A DNA stretch of 64,000 nt from Chrysomallon squamiferum (lineage: Eukaryota; Animalia; Mollusca): assembly GCA_012295275.1 (NCBI GenBank), contig CM022667.1, positions 18,104,001-18,168,000 of the forward strand. The letters run 5' to 3'. The notes under the pieces were generated by a model that saw only the letters and a program-made list of their open reading frames with translations, ran no database searches and had not been told where the DNA came from. A program made the translations under genes and the position numbers. This document shows, piece after piece, positions 34,937-51,465 of the stretch (positions within the stretch are counted from its first letter, which is position 1; each line of letters starts with the position of its first letter).

Positions 34937-37900
34937 AAAATCATTTTTCTTTTAGTGTAAAAGAGAATTTATTCATAAATTATTTTGATATTTTTGACGT
35001 TATATATGTCAACAAAATTTAGAAAAAAAAATTGTTTTTAACCTCTGACTTATACAGAAATATATGCTTGTGAAATCATTTGCTGAATGATTTGATTTAA
35101 TGTATTATTGTATTTTGACTAACTACCTCTTTCTGTGAAACGTTTTTGTTGTGACAATTTGTTGTGATTAATCATTAGTTTTGTTTTAAAGGTGAATTTA
35201 ACATTGTGAAAAATCCTCATTCAGCACTGTGCTACATCATAAGAGAACTAGAAAACACTGGGTAATTATCATTTGAAACAGAAATGTAAGAAAATTAAAT
35301 AAAGTCTGATACATCAGTGTACCCAAGTTGTAAGTAGAACAGTCTGCATAAATCAGAAACACACTGCTACTACTCTTTACCATTCATCAAGAACTGATAT
35401 ATTCCCATATTAATTAATATTTTGAGTCATTTGGGGTTTTTCTAGAAAAAATACTGAAGTTAAATTTAACAGTATTGAAATAAATAGGTAAAGGTGATAT
35501 CACACTAAAACATTTTATATTTGGTGTAAAGTATAATTTGTTTGGTTACAAGAAATGAACATTTCTGTAAGCGTATTGATTTTGAAAAACTTGTTAGCGT
35601 TATTTGTAAATTATTTTCCAGTAATAACATTAATAACAATTTGAAAATGTAGACCACTTTGATAAACAAAAACTTGTTGTTATTTAGTCGTAATGTAAAT
35701 GACATCTGGAAGTGTATTCTATGTTGATATAAAAACAACTTTGGTTATTTATGTATGACAATGTTTTCATAAACATTTATAATTTTTGGTAGTTTACTAT
35801 TTTTACCTCTGATGTACATTCTACACTGCCAGTGGTGTATTCATTTTCACAGAAAAATGTGAAATGGCCAACTAATAAAACCAAATAGCTGAACAGGCTT
35901 GTTTACCATGTAGTATACTGTTTTTTTACAGTTTGAATGTATGAACGTTTTGATATGTATTTAAATTAACATTATTTTACAAGACTGTTAATGCAATAAT
36001 TCTCTGTAATGTGTAATAAAGGTTTACATTTTTGAAAATAAAACTTATTTAAAGATTTGTTGTCTATTTTATTCTGATTTGATAAAGTTGTCTTTCTTTT
36101 TTATAAGGCAACAAATTCTGTGAGACTGCTGTGAAAAGGATCAAACTGGACATGTGTACAGTCCTTGGTTTTATTAATATTTTCAAATTTATACAAGATA
36201 GAATCAAGTCAGCTGAAATTGAATAAACTATTTTAACTTTAATATGTCATTTCATAGGTTGATAATGCAATAATTTAAAAAAATGAATTAAAAATTGAAA
36301 ATTAAAAATAAATGAAAATATTTCATTAAATTTGGATCATATTTTTAACATGTGAATACTAATTATAACATTTACCTCCAGATTATTCTGGTTTGATAAA
36401 ACTATGAAAATTTATTTCTCTGCCATCAGTATTTTAAAATGTTGAATTAAACTTTATTCAAGAAGTTTAAACATTTAAACAGCAAATCCTTTCTTTTGAA
36501 CAAGAAAATGAAACACAAATATTTACAAAGTAGATATAAAACAAAAACACAGTTTTAATTAAAAAATATTTATTAATAATTTACAGGTGTTTGGAAAAAG
36601 AAAGTTAATATGTGTAATCTCATACAAAATGTAAGGCTCATTCAGACTGATGTTACTGTTCATTTTTCTGTCAGAATTACAGTAATAATTATAATAATAC
36701 AAATAAAAGCAAAAAAAGCAAAATACTAAAAACAAATTATGAAGAAAAAATCCCTACTGGTACAGAAATCAATTAGCCACTAAGATATATTTTTTTAAAT
36801 CTCTATTCATTACTTTTTTAGAACCAAAAATTACCTAACTAGTGTAATCTGTATTTGTTATTTGTGCACAGGAAAATGAATATTGGAAGTGAAAGTCATT
36901 AACATGAGTATTTGTAAATAATGACCACTGTAACGAGTTTCAGTACTGAAAGATATGCAAGCAAACTGTTTATAAATAATCATTCTGTCATCCCAGCTTA
37001 TTCATACCTGTCAATTTAGTTGTTACAGTTTTTGTTATTATTCTCTTCAGTGACCTTTCAGTATTTTAGAAAAAAACATTCATTTTAATTTTAAAAATTC
37101 ACTGAATCAAAGATAAAAGGCACTGGATGCAGGACTAAAGAGAGAAATAAGCATTCACAATGAATAAATTAGAATTAAAAACTTGGTTTTGCTTAATACA
37201 GATAAACTTGTCTGTTAATCAGTTGTGAAATATATTTATTGTCACTTGATTACTCTCATTATAAACATACTGATATGAAAATATTCATTGGTGTACATTA
37301 TTATGCTATTCATGTGTCTTTTACATATGTGCAGTATTTATGTGCATGTGTATAAAAGGAATATGTTGTTAACTGCTGAAATATATTTTAAAAAGTTCAA
37401 TTACAAATTATTTAAGTTAATAGTTAATATCATTTACTGAATAATGAGTGAATAAAGATGGTTATTATCATGTTGATTTCATTATACAATACGTCCTACT
37501 TGACTAGAAAGAAACATATTTTGAAAAACATTGTTTTTTTTAAATTTTCTATTGTTATGTCAAAAGCTGTGTGAGATTATATAGCATAAGTTAAAAAAGT
37601 AATTTTGTTATACTGATGTTGATGATAATGAAACAAAACATGAGGTAATCTTAATATTAATACATCACATTGTAAAATAATGTCATTTGTATGTTGACAT
37701 CGTAAATTTATATTCTCATCAAATAATATGTACACATCACCATTAGAAATAATTTCATTATATTCACATTTATTCCAAGTTTTATTAAATTTTAATAAAG
37801 ATACAAAACAACAAAATTCTTCTTTGATTTTTTTTTTATTAAAAAAAAAAAAAGAAAGGAAAACTATATTTTTATCTATTTACCAAACTATGCCAAATTC

Positions 37901-40124
37901 CAAAATACTCTCAGAAACACTCTCTACTGTATAGTTATTATTAACCAAAATGTATTTCAAGCTCTACATCACTCACATTTCTAATCTCAATTTGATCAGG
38001 GATCAGTAGCTCTCAGAATCCTTTTCCTTGTCAAGGACCAATGTGAAATCATTCTGTGTCTCAGGGAACACCTACTACACTGGATCAAAGCCTTAATTTC
38101 ATTTTTAAGGTTCTGTTCACTTCTCCACCAGAGATTAAATTACAGAACTCCATAAAAAATATTTTTTAAATTTGAAACATTAATAAAATAAATTTACAGA
38201 TAAAGACATTAATTTTGGATGATTGAATGACTTCCACCCAACTCAAATAAAAAAAGGCTCAAATTTATTGATTTTGCACGTGTGAGAATGTACATAATTA
38301 TATGTGTTTATGTAAATCATAGCAAATGTGCAAACAGCAGCTTGAGATCCAAAAACCATAGTGAGTTGTAATACTAAATTAATGTTTATAATTACAACAA
38401 CTAAATAATAATTAACTGCTTTTAATTTTTAAAAAAGAAACTATATCATCAACAATTTTGGTATGTTGTGTTGGTAAATATATACTTATTAGACATCTGA
38501 AGACTACATTTATTTAAACTTTTCTTACAATAATTTTTTAACCATACTATAACTACTTTTTATATTTGTAATAATGGAACTGTGCAATTTTTTTCAAAGA
38601 TTGATAAAGTAATAATAGAAAAAATTGTTTACTTAACATCATTTATAATTATTATAGTATTTGATAATGATTACATTAAACAAGAAGTTAAAAAAATCTT
38701 TGTGCACAAAATATTGTCTAACACTACACTCTTAGTTCTATTTACAAAAAAATATATATAAACTTCACACAAAATGTAATTGCACTCAAACTGCTATGTA
38801 CATACAAGTCAATGAAATTAATTATAAAATGCAAGTCAATGAACATGTTATACACATGAAAAAATGTAGACATAGAAGGCAAAAGGGACACCTTTAATGA
38901 TTTTTCTATTTATTAGGTGTTTTCTTTTCTTTTTTTAATTTGCTATTTTACAAATTAAAAAATATAAGTAAGATAATTTAAAAGGATGAATGGTTACAGA
39001 CTTTTAACATTTTCACTCAAATGACTGATAAATGGAATTATAACAAAATAATATCAAAGCTTTGTTCTCACACTAAAATAAATTACTAAATTTTTAACTC
39101 AGCATATTTCTGGATTTTTATTATTATTTGCTTAAATTTTATGATACTACATTACATAAACATTTTCTTACCCATTCTTTAAAAAGGTCAATAAAAAAAT
39201 AAAAAAAAAGATTATATATGTATGCATGGAAATTAATAAATTTTAAAATATTTTGTTTTATTTTTAAAACATTTATAGGATAACATGATAAAACAAAAAT
39301 AAATATCTACATTTAAAAAATAAAAAGTAGTGATAATGATAAAAATAAATCAAATTATAAAAGTAAGAAAGAAAAGACAGATAATAACAGTAGAATATGT
39401 TAAAATAAAAATGAAACATTTAACTAACAGACACAGATAAAGCTACATCTCTAATGAGTTATATATACAACTATAATTGTTTTAAAAATAGACAATTACA
39501 AATTAATAGAGATATACAATGTCAAATGAACAAGAGGTAGAAAATTACAAAAATAGTAAGATAGATAATTACAAGCATAGTAAGGAATAAACAGACAATT
39601 ACAGATTCAGTAAGGCACAAGCACAGTAGAGATAATTTACAAGATTACTTTAAAAAAATTAATTTAACAGACATAGCTAATGCAGAAGAAATAAAACAAA
39701 TTATAAATAACATCAACATGTGTAACAACTCAAATTACCTTTTTCAGCCAAACAAACAAAAATGAAAAATAAAAATATAAAGAAAAAGAAAAAAAAAAGA
39801 AAAGAAAAAAAAAAAAAAAAAACCTAGCAAACTGTAAATTAATAAAAAGACGAATAACTACAAGTGAGGTAAATAACATACTCATAAATGATATAAACCT
39901 GAAAAAGAAAAATATTTTCAACAAGAAAGTTTTCTTTTCAGAATAATTATGTCTATATCAATGTAAAAAAGGATTCATGAGTACAAAATAATAAGGTAAA
40001 GATGACAAAAAAGAAAATAATAATTATTTTTTTTAATAAATACAGATTATTCAATCACAACCATTGCTGAGATCCAGAGGTATTGTGGCTGTTTTTAAGT
40101 TCTGATCTAGTTGTCATGGTGACT

Positions 40125-40237
40125 TCAACTTCCACTGCAAGTAGCACAGCAACTTCTGCGGTAGTACCGCCTTCCACATGCCTTGTGATGTTTAACAAGG
40201 TGACACCATTTTTCTCTATCTTCACATGGAGCTGGAG
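40125..40237 (-). CDS. Paralog B last coding exon, PLAC domain
   Basis: [36 protein letters not shown]. Confidence 0.92.
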
Positions 40238-40297
40238 CTAAAAAATTTAAATTAATTAATTCATACATGTACAAATGTTAATTTTTATTATCTAATA

Positions 40298-40338
<41 letters not shown>

Positions 40339-43300
40339 TATCAGTGAAGTATATCTGTTCTAATATTGTGTAAGTGGAAATAAAAGATCCTTGCTGCCAA
40401 TTCTTATATATAAATTGAAGAAAAGCATAGAGAAAAAAAATTAAAATAAAATACTGAAAAAAATCAAAGTAAATAAATATGTTAAAATTAAAATTAATAA
40501 TAAGTAAATAAAAATAAATAAATAAATAAATAAAAATAAATAACAACACCATAGATATTTAAATACCAGTTGAGCAAAGGTTAGCAAATATTGGAAATGG
40601 ACAGTAAATGACAAATGTCTTCAAGGATTTTTAAATGAAAGTAAACATGCTTTCCTACAATGTAATTACAGTAGAGCCAATACAGCATTTTGTTTTATTA
40701 TCCTTGTTCATGTTTAGTGATTAAATTAATCTTTTAAAATGTGTATATGTGTTTGTCTGTATGTATGTGTGTGTGTGTGTATATATGTACTAGTGTCTAT
40801 ATATACATGTACAGACACACACACACACACACACACACATACACATGTGCACACTCAGTGGAGCATGATTAAATTTTCATTTTAAAAGTACATATAATGA
40901 CCATCTTGAGCTGGACATGGTCCTGTGTCACACTCTCTTGATGTAATGGGTTTGTTACGTAACTTGCAGCCTCTAGCTGTGTATACATTTCCTTGTGATC
41001 CACCAATGCATTTCACTCTGCGACCTTGAACTCCCTTTCCACACGTTACTGAGCACTGAAATGTTACATAAATCTGTCAGCAGATTTTCACTTTTAATTA
41101 TATATTTATTATATAATCTTTTTTAAAACATTATTTGTTGTCAAATATGCTCTACTGAAAAATATATTAAATATATAGATAAATAAATAGATAGATCATT
41201 CTCCCTCTCTCACACACACAAACTAATTACACCAAGACAGATTAGGATCACATGATCACTACATTATTAAGAACTAACTGAAGAAAAATGTCAGTTTTGT
41301 TTTCTTAATTTCTTTATCAACCTTGAAAGAAAAATGTATTGTTCAAAATTGTGAAAAGAAATTCTGACCAACAATTAATGATAAAAGTGTTCTTCTTATT
41401 ATAATTCAGGATATAAGGAATTTTAAGAAAATATGGTTAAGTATTTCCAGACGGAATGAAATGTATCTTTAGTACCACATTAATTTGTTAATCAGACTAA
41501 CTGATGTTCATACAGCCATAACTGTCAAAAGTAGGGTCATACAAATATAATAATAAAAAAATAAAGAAATATTTAAAATTATTTTACACTCACAAACACA
41601 TAAAGTACAAATCTGAACCATCTTTGCATAAAACCACACAGTAAAAAATAAACAGCATCAACAAATATTCACTTGTTGAAAAAATTACAGCATAAAACAT
41701 CTTAAATAAATAAAAAACATTAATGAAAAAGGAGAAAAGAAGAATATGAATATATGTGTGTGTGTGTATGTGTGCATATATATATACATACAAACATACA
41801 CACACACACACACATATTTCCCTCTGTTTATCCGATTTATCGTTTAAGACTGATATTTTGAAATAATGGTAACAATGACAATTATGATGATAATGATGAT
41901 GACAATGTTGATGATGCTGGATAAAAAGGAATGCAGGTAGGGTGGGATAAGATGTTGGGATAAGATGTTGTCTTCAGCTATGGAAAATAGTAAAAATTTC
42001 TAAGTTGTATCTTGTTCAGTTTAAACATGAGACCTGAAAGCAGCAAAAATCCAGGAATTACAGAATATTTGTTTCATCTCAATTAGTAGAGGCAACTAGT
42101 ACAAGCCTGTGATTAACTTTACTTCTAGTCTATTATGTATAAGCATCTACTGGTAAGAATAAGAAAACAAACAAACAAAAAAAGTAATATTACTATATCC
42201 ATTTCTCAGTTTTACATTTTTGATAGTATTTTAGCAATAATCTTACGGAAGAGGATTTGTTTAGAAAAAAAAGGTAGGAATATCTAGTTTTTTTCAAATT
42301 ATTGAATTTTTTAGACAATGGGGAATATTTTTTTTAGAATTTTAATATAGATATGAAATCTATATCTATATATATACATATAAAAATTTCATATATTTCA
42401 CTGGATTTTTTGAATATTTTATCTTCTAGATTTTAGTAGAAAATTTTTATTTTATTTATAATTTAACAGGTCCACAAAGAGTCCTCATCAGCCTTAGAAT
42501 TGTCACTTTTAATTCCTATTCAAAAATCTGATTAGTTAAAACTAATTGTAATTTCAGTAAAACAGAATATCTGATACTTTTTAATAACTTCATATTATGA
42601 AAATTTGATTAAGTATCAAAATCTGCTATATATTAAAGCATATAAAGAGCACACACAAAGCAGATAATAATAATAATATTTATAATAATAATAATAATAA
42701 TAATAAAAATAATAATAATAATAAAGGATAGTAATAATATAACAATACCAATCAATAATAAATAAAATATCAGAATTATATAAATAAATAACTTTATTTC
42801 ATAGCAGTTTAGGCAAAACATGTTCCAAGAGCATATCCAGCACAACAGAACATAAAAGTTCATAATCTGATATAATGAAAATATTCCAAATTAGTGAAGT
42901 CAGTAAAATGTGTTTAATGATTAGAAACAATCAGATATATTCAGTACTGAGTATATTTAATTATTTTCTGCATTCTGAAAACAATTTTATAAACACAGTT
43001 AAGGACCATGATTATATATGTGAAAAATGTCTAAAGTATCAACAAATCTTTTGCAGTCTCTCTACTATTTATATATAAATTTGTTTAAAAAGGAAAATAT
43101 TTTTTTTTTTTTTTTAAGATAAAGATAATATTGAAAAGAAACACAAAGTAGTTATTAGTTTTAGATAGCTTAGTACACCTTTTAGAACATTAAGCCTAGT
43201 TTCACAAATAGCCTGCACCCTTCCATTAGCTGGATATACTTCTGTCACATTACCATGCATGCACACCTGAGACCAGTTTGCCACGTGCCAGAATGGGTGT

Positions 43301-45663
43301 TGGTATGTGCGCAGAGCCTGTGGACAGGCTACAAGCCAGCATGTCTCCTCCATCGCTACTTTGGGACGGATGAGGAGATTACATCTGTGGTCCTCGGCTG
43401 GGGCATGCTTGCCGAGTGCATCTACTGCGTTGCACTTGAGGTAACGGGATCGCATACCTTTGCCACATGTTCTGGAGCACTGGTAAGAACCAAAGCATAC
43501 CCATTAAGATATACCAGTAAAGATACATCCATTAACAAATACCCATTAATATATACCAATAAATATACATCCATTAACACATACCTACTAAAATAAACCA
43601 ATGAATATAAACCCATTAATATATACCCATTAAGATATACCAATAAATATACATCCATTAATACATACATTAATACATACCTACTAAAATATACCAATAA
43701 ATATACACCCATTAAGATATACCAATAGATACATCCATTAACACATACCCATTAAGATATACCAGTTAAGATACTTCACTTAACATTAACACATACCAAT
43801 TAAGATATACCAGTTAAGATATATCAACTAATTAAAACACATACCAATTAAGATATATGCCAATTAAACACACGCAATTAAGATATATCCATTAAGATAT
43901 ACCATTTAAGAGATCCATTTAGCTATATTCTTTAAAGTATATCCATTAAAAAGTACTCATTAAGAAATATATATATATACAAATTAAGACATAGCCATTA
44001 AAAAATGAACCTTTAGCATATACCCATTAAGACATATTCAATAAAGAATACCCAGTAAACTATATCCATTATAACATGCATATTAAGATACTCCCATTAT
44101 GATTTATTTATTAAGATGTACCATTATCACATACCCATTAGCAGATATTCATCAAACTATACCCAGTAACACATATCATTGTTTTTCTTCTTTGAATGAG
44201 ACTTCTGTATCCAACCTTATTGTAGTTGTTACCTTTGTCTTTCAAAACAGAGTGAGATCTTTGGATTTAAAATGTTGTGTTTTTTTTAAAATTATTATTA
44301 CTTTCATTTATTTATTTATTTATTTTTAGTTTTTTTTGTGAAAAACAAGATACTTTAAGCAGTTATACAGTTTTCTGTATACTGAAAACTTTTTGTTTTT
44401 GTGAAAAAAAGTATTACTAAGAAATTCCAAACAGGCTTGAAGAATATTGTACAAAATTGTTTAAATAAAAAGGATAAAATAAAAAATTAAATAATAATAA
44501 TGATGCTAAACAATTAATCCCAAATCTCTAACTGCAATCTTCAAGCCTATTTTACTAAACAGATTAACAAACCATGAATTTTTAACAAAATCTAACTGAA
44601 ACAAAAACGCTAACACTGAAAACAGTCTAATGCCTAGAATGTGTAAGTAGCAGTATTAGCATGCTAGAACTACAGGTTAAAAATTTTTTATTAGTTTAAT
44701 TCTTTTTTCTTTCAACAGACACAATGCAAGGAATGAATCTATAATGAACAATTAATGAGATGAAATCATTTCCTTAAACATGATGAATCAGTTATATTTT
44801 CTATTGTTTCTACTGAATAAAATTGATAAAGAATAACTAAAATAAAATAAATAAAAATAAAATAAAATAAATAAATAAATAAATGAATAAATAAAATAAA
44901 AATAATTATAATAATAATAAACAAATAAATAAATTATTCATTCATTCATTCATATCTAGAATAAAGATAAATCATTTTGATTATTTTTCAATTATTACTA
45001 TTATTATTATTATTTTTTTTTTTTTAAATCATTTAAAACCTTTCATATTTTTAATTTATTTATTCCATTTTCATCTAAAAATAAATAAATAAATATATAT
45101 ATATATATAAAACTATAAACCAACTCACAGGTCCCCATGGAGAAATCAGCCAATCATATTGCTCCTTGCAAGGGTCTCTGTGGCAGGTAATGGTGGAGTT
45201 GGGCTTGTGCTTACTGTTACACATGTTGTCAGAGAGAACACGCATGCCGCGTTTGTTACGACTACGACACAACACACGTCGGCGCTGGGCTCCTTTACCA
45301 CACGTTACTGAGCACTGAATGTATTAAAATATTTAAACTTATACAAACAAAGTAAACTTTCTGTTTTGTTTTATAAATAGTAGATACTTATAATTGAACA
45401 AGTATAAAAGTTTATTGAAATACAATAAAATATTTAACAAATTAAGTAAATTTTCTCAGTTTTATTAGATACTTGTAGAAAACCTTTATAACAGTGGATC
45501 GTTGTTTTCTTTCTTTTTTTGATAAAATGAATGATTTTTAAATGGCATTTTAATAAAGTAAATTTATTTATTTCAGATAAAAGTATAACTAAGTTATAAT
45601 TTCACATTCTGACTTAAATGTTTTCTTTTAATATTTTAAAATTAACATTTAAACCTGAATGTC

Positions 45664-45751
<88 letters not shown>

Positions 45752-46151
45752 CATATACAACATTTCTAATGCAATAAGAAAACTACCTTTGACCACTTCC
45801 CTACATGCCATGCTGGAGGACACTCGTGGTTATTACATCGACGTTTCTTTGCAGGTTTTGGAAGATGCTTGCAAAAACGACGTTTTATTTTCCTCTCCTT
45901 GTTCACTGAATATTTCTGTTTACATGAAATGTGTCTCCTTTGTTTCCCACCTCCACAAGTCTTTGTACATTTGTGCCATTGTTCTGGAACCCATCTAAAC
46001 AAGGCAAATATTTTAGTAATAAAACAATCTCGTCTAACATTTTAAGTGTGTAAAAAATAATTCTTTCATGTTCTAACATTGAGACACAGGAGCCACACTA
46101 CAGTTACCTAAAAGAGAATATCCACTACAGATTACAGCTTATTGAATTTTA

Positions 46152-46217
<66 letters not shown>

Positions 46218-49109
46218 TCTCTCTCATACATTCACACACACACACACAAACAAAAACACAGATGAACACATATTAAAAAACCCAGTTTTGGACACTGTTC
46301 TGTAAGTCTGTGTCTGAGTATAAAGTTAAGAGTTTGTGAATGAGTTAGAGAGTGTGCTTGTGTGTGCGTACACATACATGTATAAGAAAGAGGTCTACTA
46401 AAATAATAATATGTTAAAAAAATACTGGGGATATGTATGTGGGGTATGTACATGCATGCATGGATGTATAAGGAAATGAAATACTAAAATAATGACAGGT
46501 AAGTGAATGTACCTGGGAGGACAGGGCTGCTCATTACAAGGAAATACTCCAGTCTCTGGTTTGTTGTCTGTATTGCAGAACTTAGCATCAACCTCCTCTT
46601 GCAGGTTACGATGACACAAAGCTGACACAGTTTTCTGACCTGTACAGCAGAGAATACCAGTTACACATAACAGTTGACTGACAGCCATTCAATGTTTAGA
46701 TGACTGAAAGTGATGACTTTACTTCACAGTAGAGAGTAAGGAAATATATCCTGTATTCTGTGGAAATTACATTCTGTTTTGCTATGCAATTTAGATCTCT
46801 AGTTAAAGAGGGTTATTTAAACTCTTAATTTCAAGCTTTTAAACAGTGCTCATTTATCTTTATTAAATAATCTATTAGATAATATGAAGATGTAACAAGC
46901 TCACCTCCAGCACAAGGCTCACTACATGAAGACACTGCTACACTCCAAGTGTATTTGACAGGAGATGATGTGGGTGACATTTCTTCACTAGTTTTAGGAA
47001 TAGTATATTGATATTTTATCCCTGGGTTTCTGTCTTGTACAAGCATCTGAACAAAAAACAAAACAGTAAGTAATGAAATGATGACACATAAAGAACAAAT
47101 GTTTTAATTAATACCAAATCAACAGATTTCAAAACTACATTTATTTGGCATAATCATATGCACATTAAGGAAAATAGAAATAATGACAAGAATGTTCTAT
47201 AAGGATCTTACACCTTTTCAGTTAGTAGTGATCATCTTTTATAAGAACCTTCCCAAAGACAGGAGAGACATAACATGATCACTGCATGGTTTACTACATG
47301 ATGGTACTGTGGAGAAATGAGTGCAAACTTACATCTGAATATGTTACAAACATCATTAGGAATGAAACATTTTGAACATTTACATACTTAGCAAATATAA
47401 AATTTATACTGAAATGTATCTGTTATGTGATTTAAAAAAAAAAAAAAAAAACAACTAACAAAATTTGTGGACCCTTTTGTGTAGAATATTCAATGCAAGA
47501 ACATCACATGTCATGTCAATTTTGGATATATCAGAGTTGTATTCTAAGGATTCAATATGGAAATGTTGAACGATAATATTATGTCAGCTATTACTATTCT
47601 TAATGCGTTTGGAACTGTTACAAGATAACATCAATATTATTATTACTTATAATTAGCTATCATTTACCTCAAGAATAAGATCTTCTCCCAGAGGTCCATC
47701 AGTTTCTAGAGACTCTGGTTCATTGTAAGGTCTCTTGTAAGAAAAGTCAGCACCCCCCAGTCTGTAAACACCAGGCCAAGCTACACGCCTGTCTCCATTC
47801 AAATAGTACCGTCCATAGATATTCCTTATTGCCAAGTAGTTGGATGAAATCCTTTTTTCGCTCACTCTCACAAAGCGGGCAGACTTGGGAAGAACAGCTA
47901 TTGGAAAATAGGCTGGTGAAAAAAAAAAATTATAAAGAACAACAAAACATATATATACATTGTTTATTATAATGTGTTTTGTAGTAGTGAATAATAATAA
48001 AAAATTTCATTATGGTGAAATCTGGTACTAAAGTGTTCAGACAACTACTGATTGAAATATATATTTTCTGCTCAAAAGCTTTAAAATTTAAAAATATTTT
48101 GCAAAAAAAAAAAAAAAAAAAAAATATCATTTTTATTAGTAAACAGAGTTATATGGTCATATTTTCTAGTTTGACCAAACCCAGATCTGCTTAGCATATT
48201 TTACATAACCATCACAAACTCACTGTTTAACTTGGGATGTTGTATGTACTCTCCAGTGATCAGTTTACATGTAGAGTTGTCTCCATTGCATTTACCACAG
48301 ATGTCATTCTTAGCAGTAGACCCCACAATCCTGTCACAGCCAACAGACTACAGAAAGAAAAACAAAATCCACAAAAATAAAAAGATATAACAACAAACAA
48401 AACAATTATTTCTTTTGTTATTATTACCAAATTATCATTGTCATCAAAAAATAATTAAATTAATTATTAAAAATAATCATAATCTCCTTCTTAAAGGAAA
48501 AGCTTTGTTTTATCGTTATTTTAATAAATGGAAATTTAATTTTGGCACATATCAGTGAATTGATTCAAAGAGATTGTTTTTCCTGAAAGGTATGTAAATA
48601 AGTCAGACCTGTAGCAAAAATATTGTCTTATAATGTTGTGTTATTCCTTTCATTAGAACAAACATACATTCCCACTGCTATAAAATATCATACCAACAAC
48701 AAATATTGTTTATTAAAATGTCTGCAATATTCTCATTTACCACACTGTAGATAAACCTGGTCAAGACACAAGAAAGTCTGGAAATTGAAAAATGCTAATT
48801 TGATTTTATAACTTAAATATAGCTCACTATGGTGATGGTGGTTAGTCCACTGGACTACAGTGATTTCGGTGTATATATTGGGTTGAGGAATAAGTCTTTG
48901 CGGTTAATAATTCATTCAAATTTATTGCAGCGGCACTGAAAACCTTTTTAACCATTGGAAAGAAGTGGTAAGTAACAATAGAGAATACATTATTGTTATC
49001 AGTTAAGCTTAAGTTTTTTTCTATGAAATTTAATTTAACTACAATGACTTATTCCTCAACCCAACACACAAACACACAAACACACACACACACACACAAA
49101 CACAAACAC

Positions 49110-49149
<40 letters not shown>

Positions 49150-49407
49150 GTACATACACACACACACACGCGCGTCTTCTTCAACTTTCAGAAAAATGTA
49201 CAATACATATATAAAAAATTAAAAAAATGTTCATGTTACTGAGTATGACATTCCAAATAGCACATGTATTTCAATCCTGAGTTTTGAAATTCAAACTGAT
49301 ACAAACTGATACATGTTCAAACAGTCAACATTTGTGACCCATGTCTTGCTTCAAGATAGCAAGAAAAATGAATATTTAATATGAAACTTTACTTTGTGTA
49401 TTGGTGG

Positions 49408-49450
<43 letters not shown>

Positions 49451-50744
49451 ATTGTATGAACATACAACAGTCCAGACAAATAATAATAAAATATTTAGTC
49501 AACATACCTGACAGGTTTCGTCTACACAAATGCCTCCATTTTTGTTGCATTTTGTCCCATCATCAGCTTTGTGTTTTATAGTAAACACATAACTGAAAGT
49601 GTCTGCAACACAGTACAAGTGACAAGGTTCATGTTCTGAAATAATAAAAAAAAGATTAACAAATTATCTTAAGTAAGAATTATATATAAATAACATTATT
49701 TATAATCTCATAGAAAAGAAAGAAAGCTTATGAAAGAAATAAAAGGTAATATTTGTACAAAAACAGTTTCTGTTGTATGTAATCCAGTGGCACAGAAATT
49801 TACTTTCAGATGTTAATTTACAATCAAATTCAGACTAGAGCTCCACTGATCTATCCACATTCCAACCACTAACTGGTAACATTATATAGAAAATCCCTGT
49901 AAAACATATAAAATATATCACCAGACTATCGTAACAAAAATATTGTCGCTTCTAATGGAAATCAATATGGATTTTTATCTGATTTTTCATGTCTAAAATA
50001 TTTAATGAACCAACTTGATTATTAATTAATATGTCTAATTATGCAAAAAAATGTTTTTATGTTTGTTAATTAAACATAAAATTAAAAATTTGCTATTTTT
50101 GTCTTTAATAATTTCTTCAATGAAATTTTAATATTTAAACTGATATGAAGTTTAATAAAAAAAATTTACATTACAAAACAATGATTGATACAAAATGTTT
50201 GTTTATTTGTGTATAAAATAATAGATGCAAATGTGCTTTTTTAAAATAATTATTCACATTAATACTGATATTCACATGACAGCAATATTCATAGTTGGAT
50301 TATTCCAGCAGTCATGCATGACACATTTACATACATCTCTAAAATGCACAATACTAGTGTTTACCAAAAACAAATATTAATAAAAAGTTTTAAAAAATAG
50401 GGAATAATCTAGAAAATTGTGTAATTTTTAAGCTGTTTAGTGGATTCTGAAGATATTAAACAAATTGGTGGCTATGACAAATATTTTGTTGCTAGTCTGA
50501 TGTTGTCTGTACCCACCATCAAAGAGTTTTTTGTAAGGCTTCCACTGAAGATACCAGCCTCGGAAAGGTTTTTGATCATATCTTGAACATTGTACTGCAT
50601 GAAAATCATCTCCATATGGACATTCCTGTAAAAGATTTAACTTATTATACACATGTATTTACAATAATACCAACAACTGTTACAGATATTAAACTCCATA
50701 AACTTCATAATTGTGATGATAACCTGGTAGATGACACACATCCA

Positions 50745-50783
<39 letters not shown>

Positions 50784-51429
50784 TGAAAAGTTCACGACTG
50801 TTAGAAAAATGCAATTTTCTTGCAGGTGCACACCTATTAAAATATGCTGCTCAGCAGGAAATCTCAGCTATTTATCAGTTGACTGAGTTAAAATTTAAAT
50901 AATAAATATTGCCTAAATACAAAAAACCATAAATAACCCAGTAATAAATGAGAAATAAGTTGTACTTTATTAAAATAACTTTAAACCAAGTTAGACCTAC
51001 CTATCTACATACATATAGCTATCTATATATAGCAATTTAAACCTACCTACCTACACACATACATACATACAGTATCTACATATAACAATTTAAATCTACC
51101 TACCTACCTATTTAAATACATATAGCTATCTATAATATAACAATTTAAACCACCTATTTCCACACACACACACATTTATACATATGTACAAAAAAAAAAA
51201 TTCTCCTACCTGAACTTTACAGATTTTCACATCATGTACTTTTCCTTTGCAAGCACTGCCACCATACTGAGGACTGAAGTTAAGACAGTTCATTTATTAT
51301 TTCCATGCTAATCAATATGTTAATTCAGGATATTTAAAGCATTGTTACCTTTTCAGTTCATTTTTGATATTGAACATTGTGATGTAATAATGCTTAATAT
51401 AAAAAAAAACAGATGCTGAGAATGAGATT

Positions 51430-51465
<36 letters not shown>

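Noticed and set aside
43255-43712. Plus-strand 113-aa ORF and minus-strand 96-aa ORF
   Set aside because: These are an antisense shadow of the TSR5 exon and a translation of the adjacent minisatellite.
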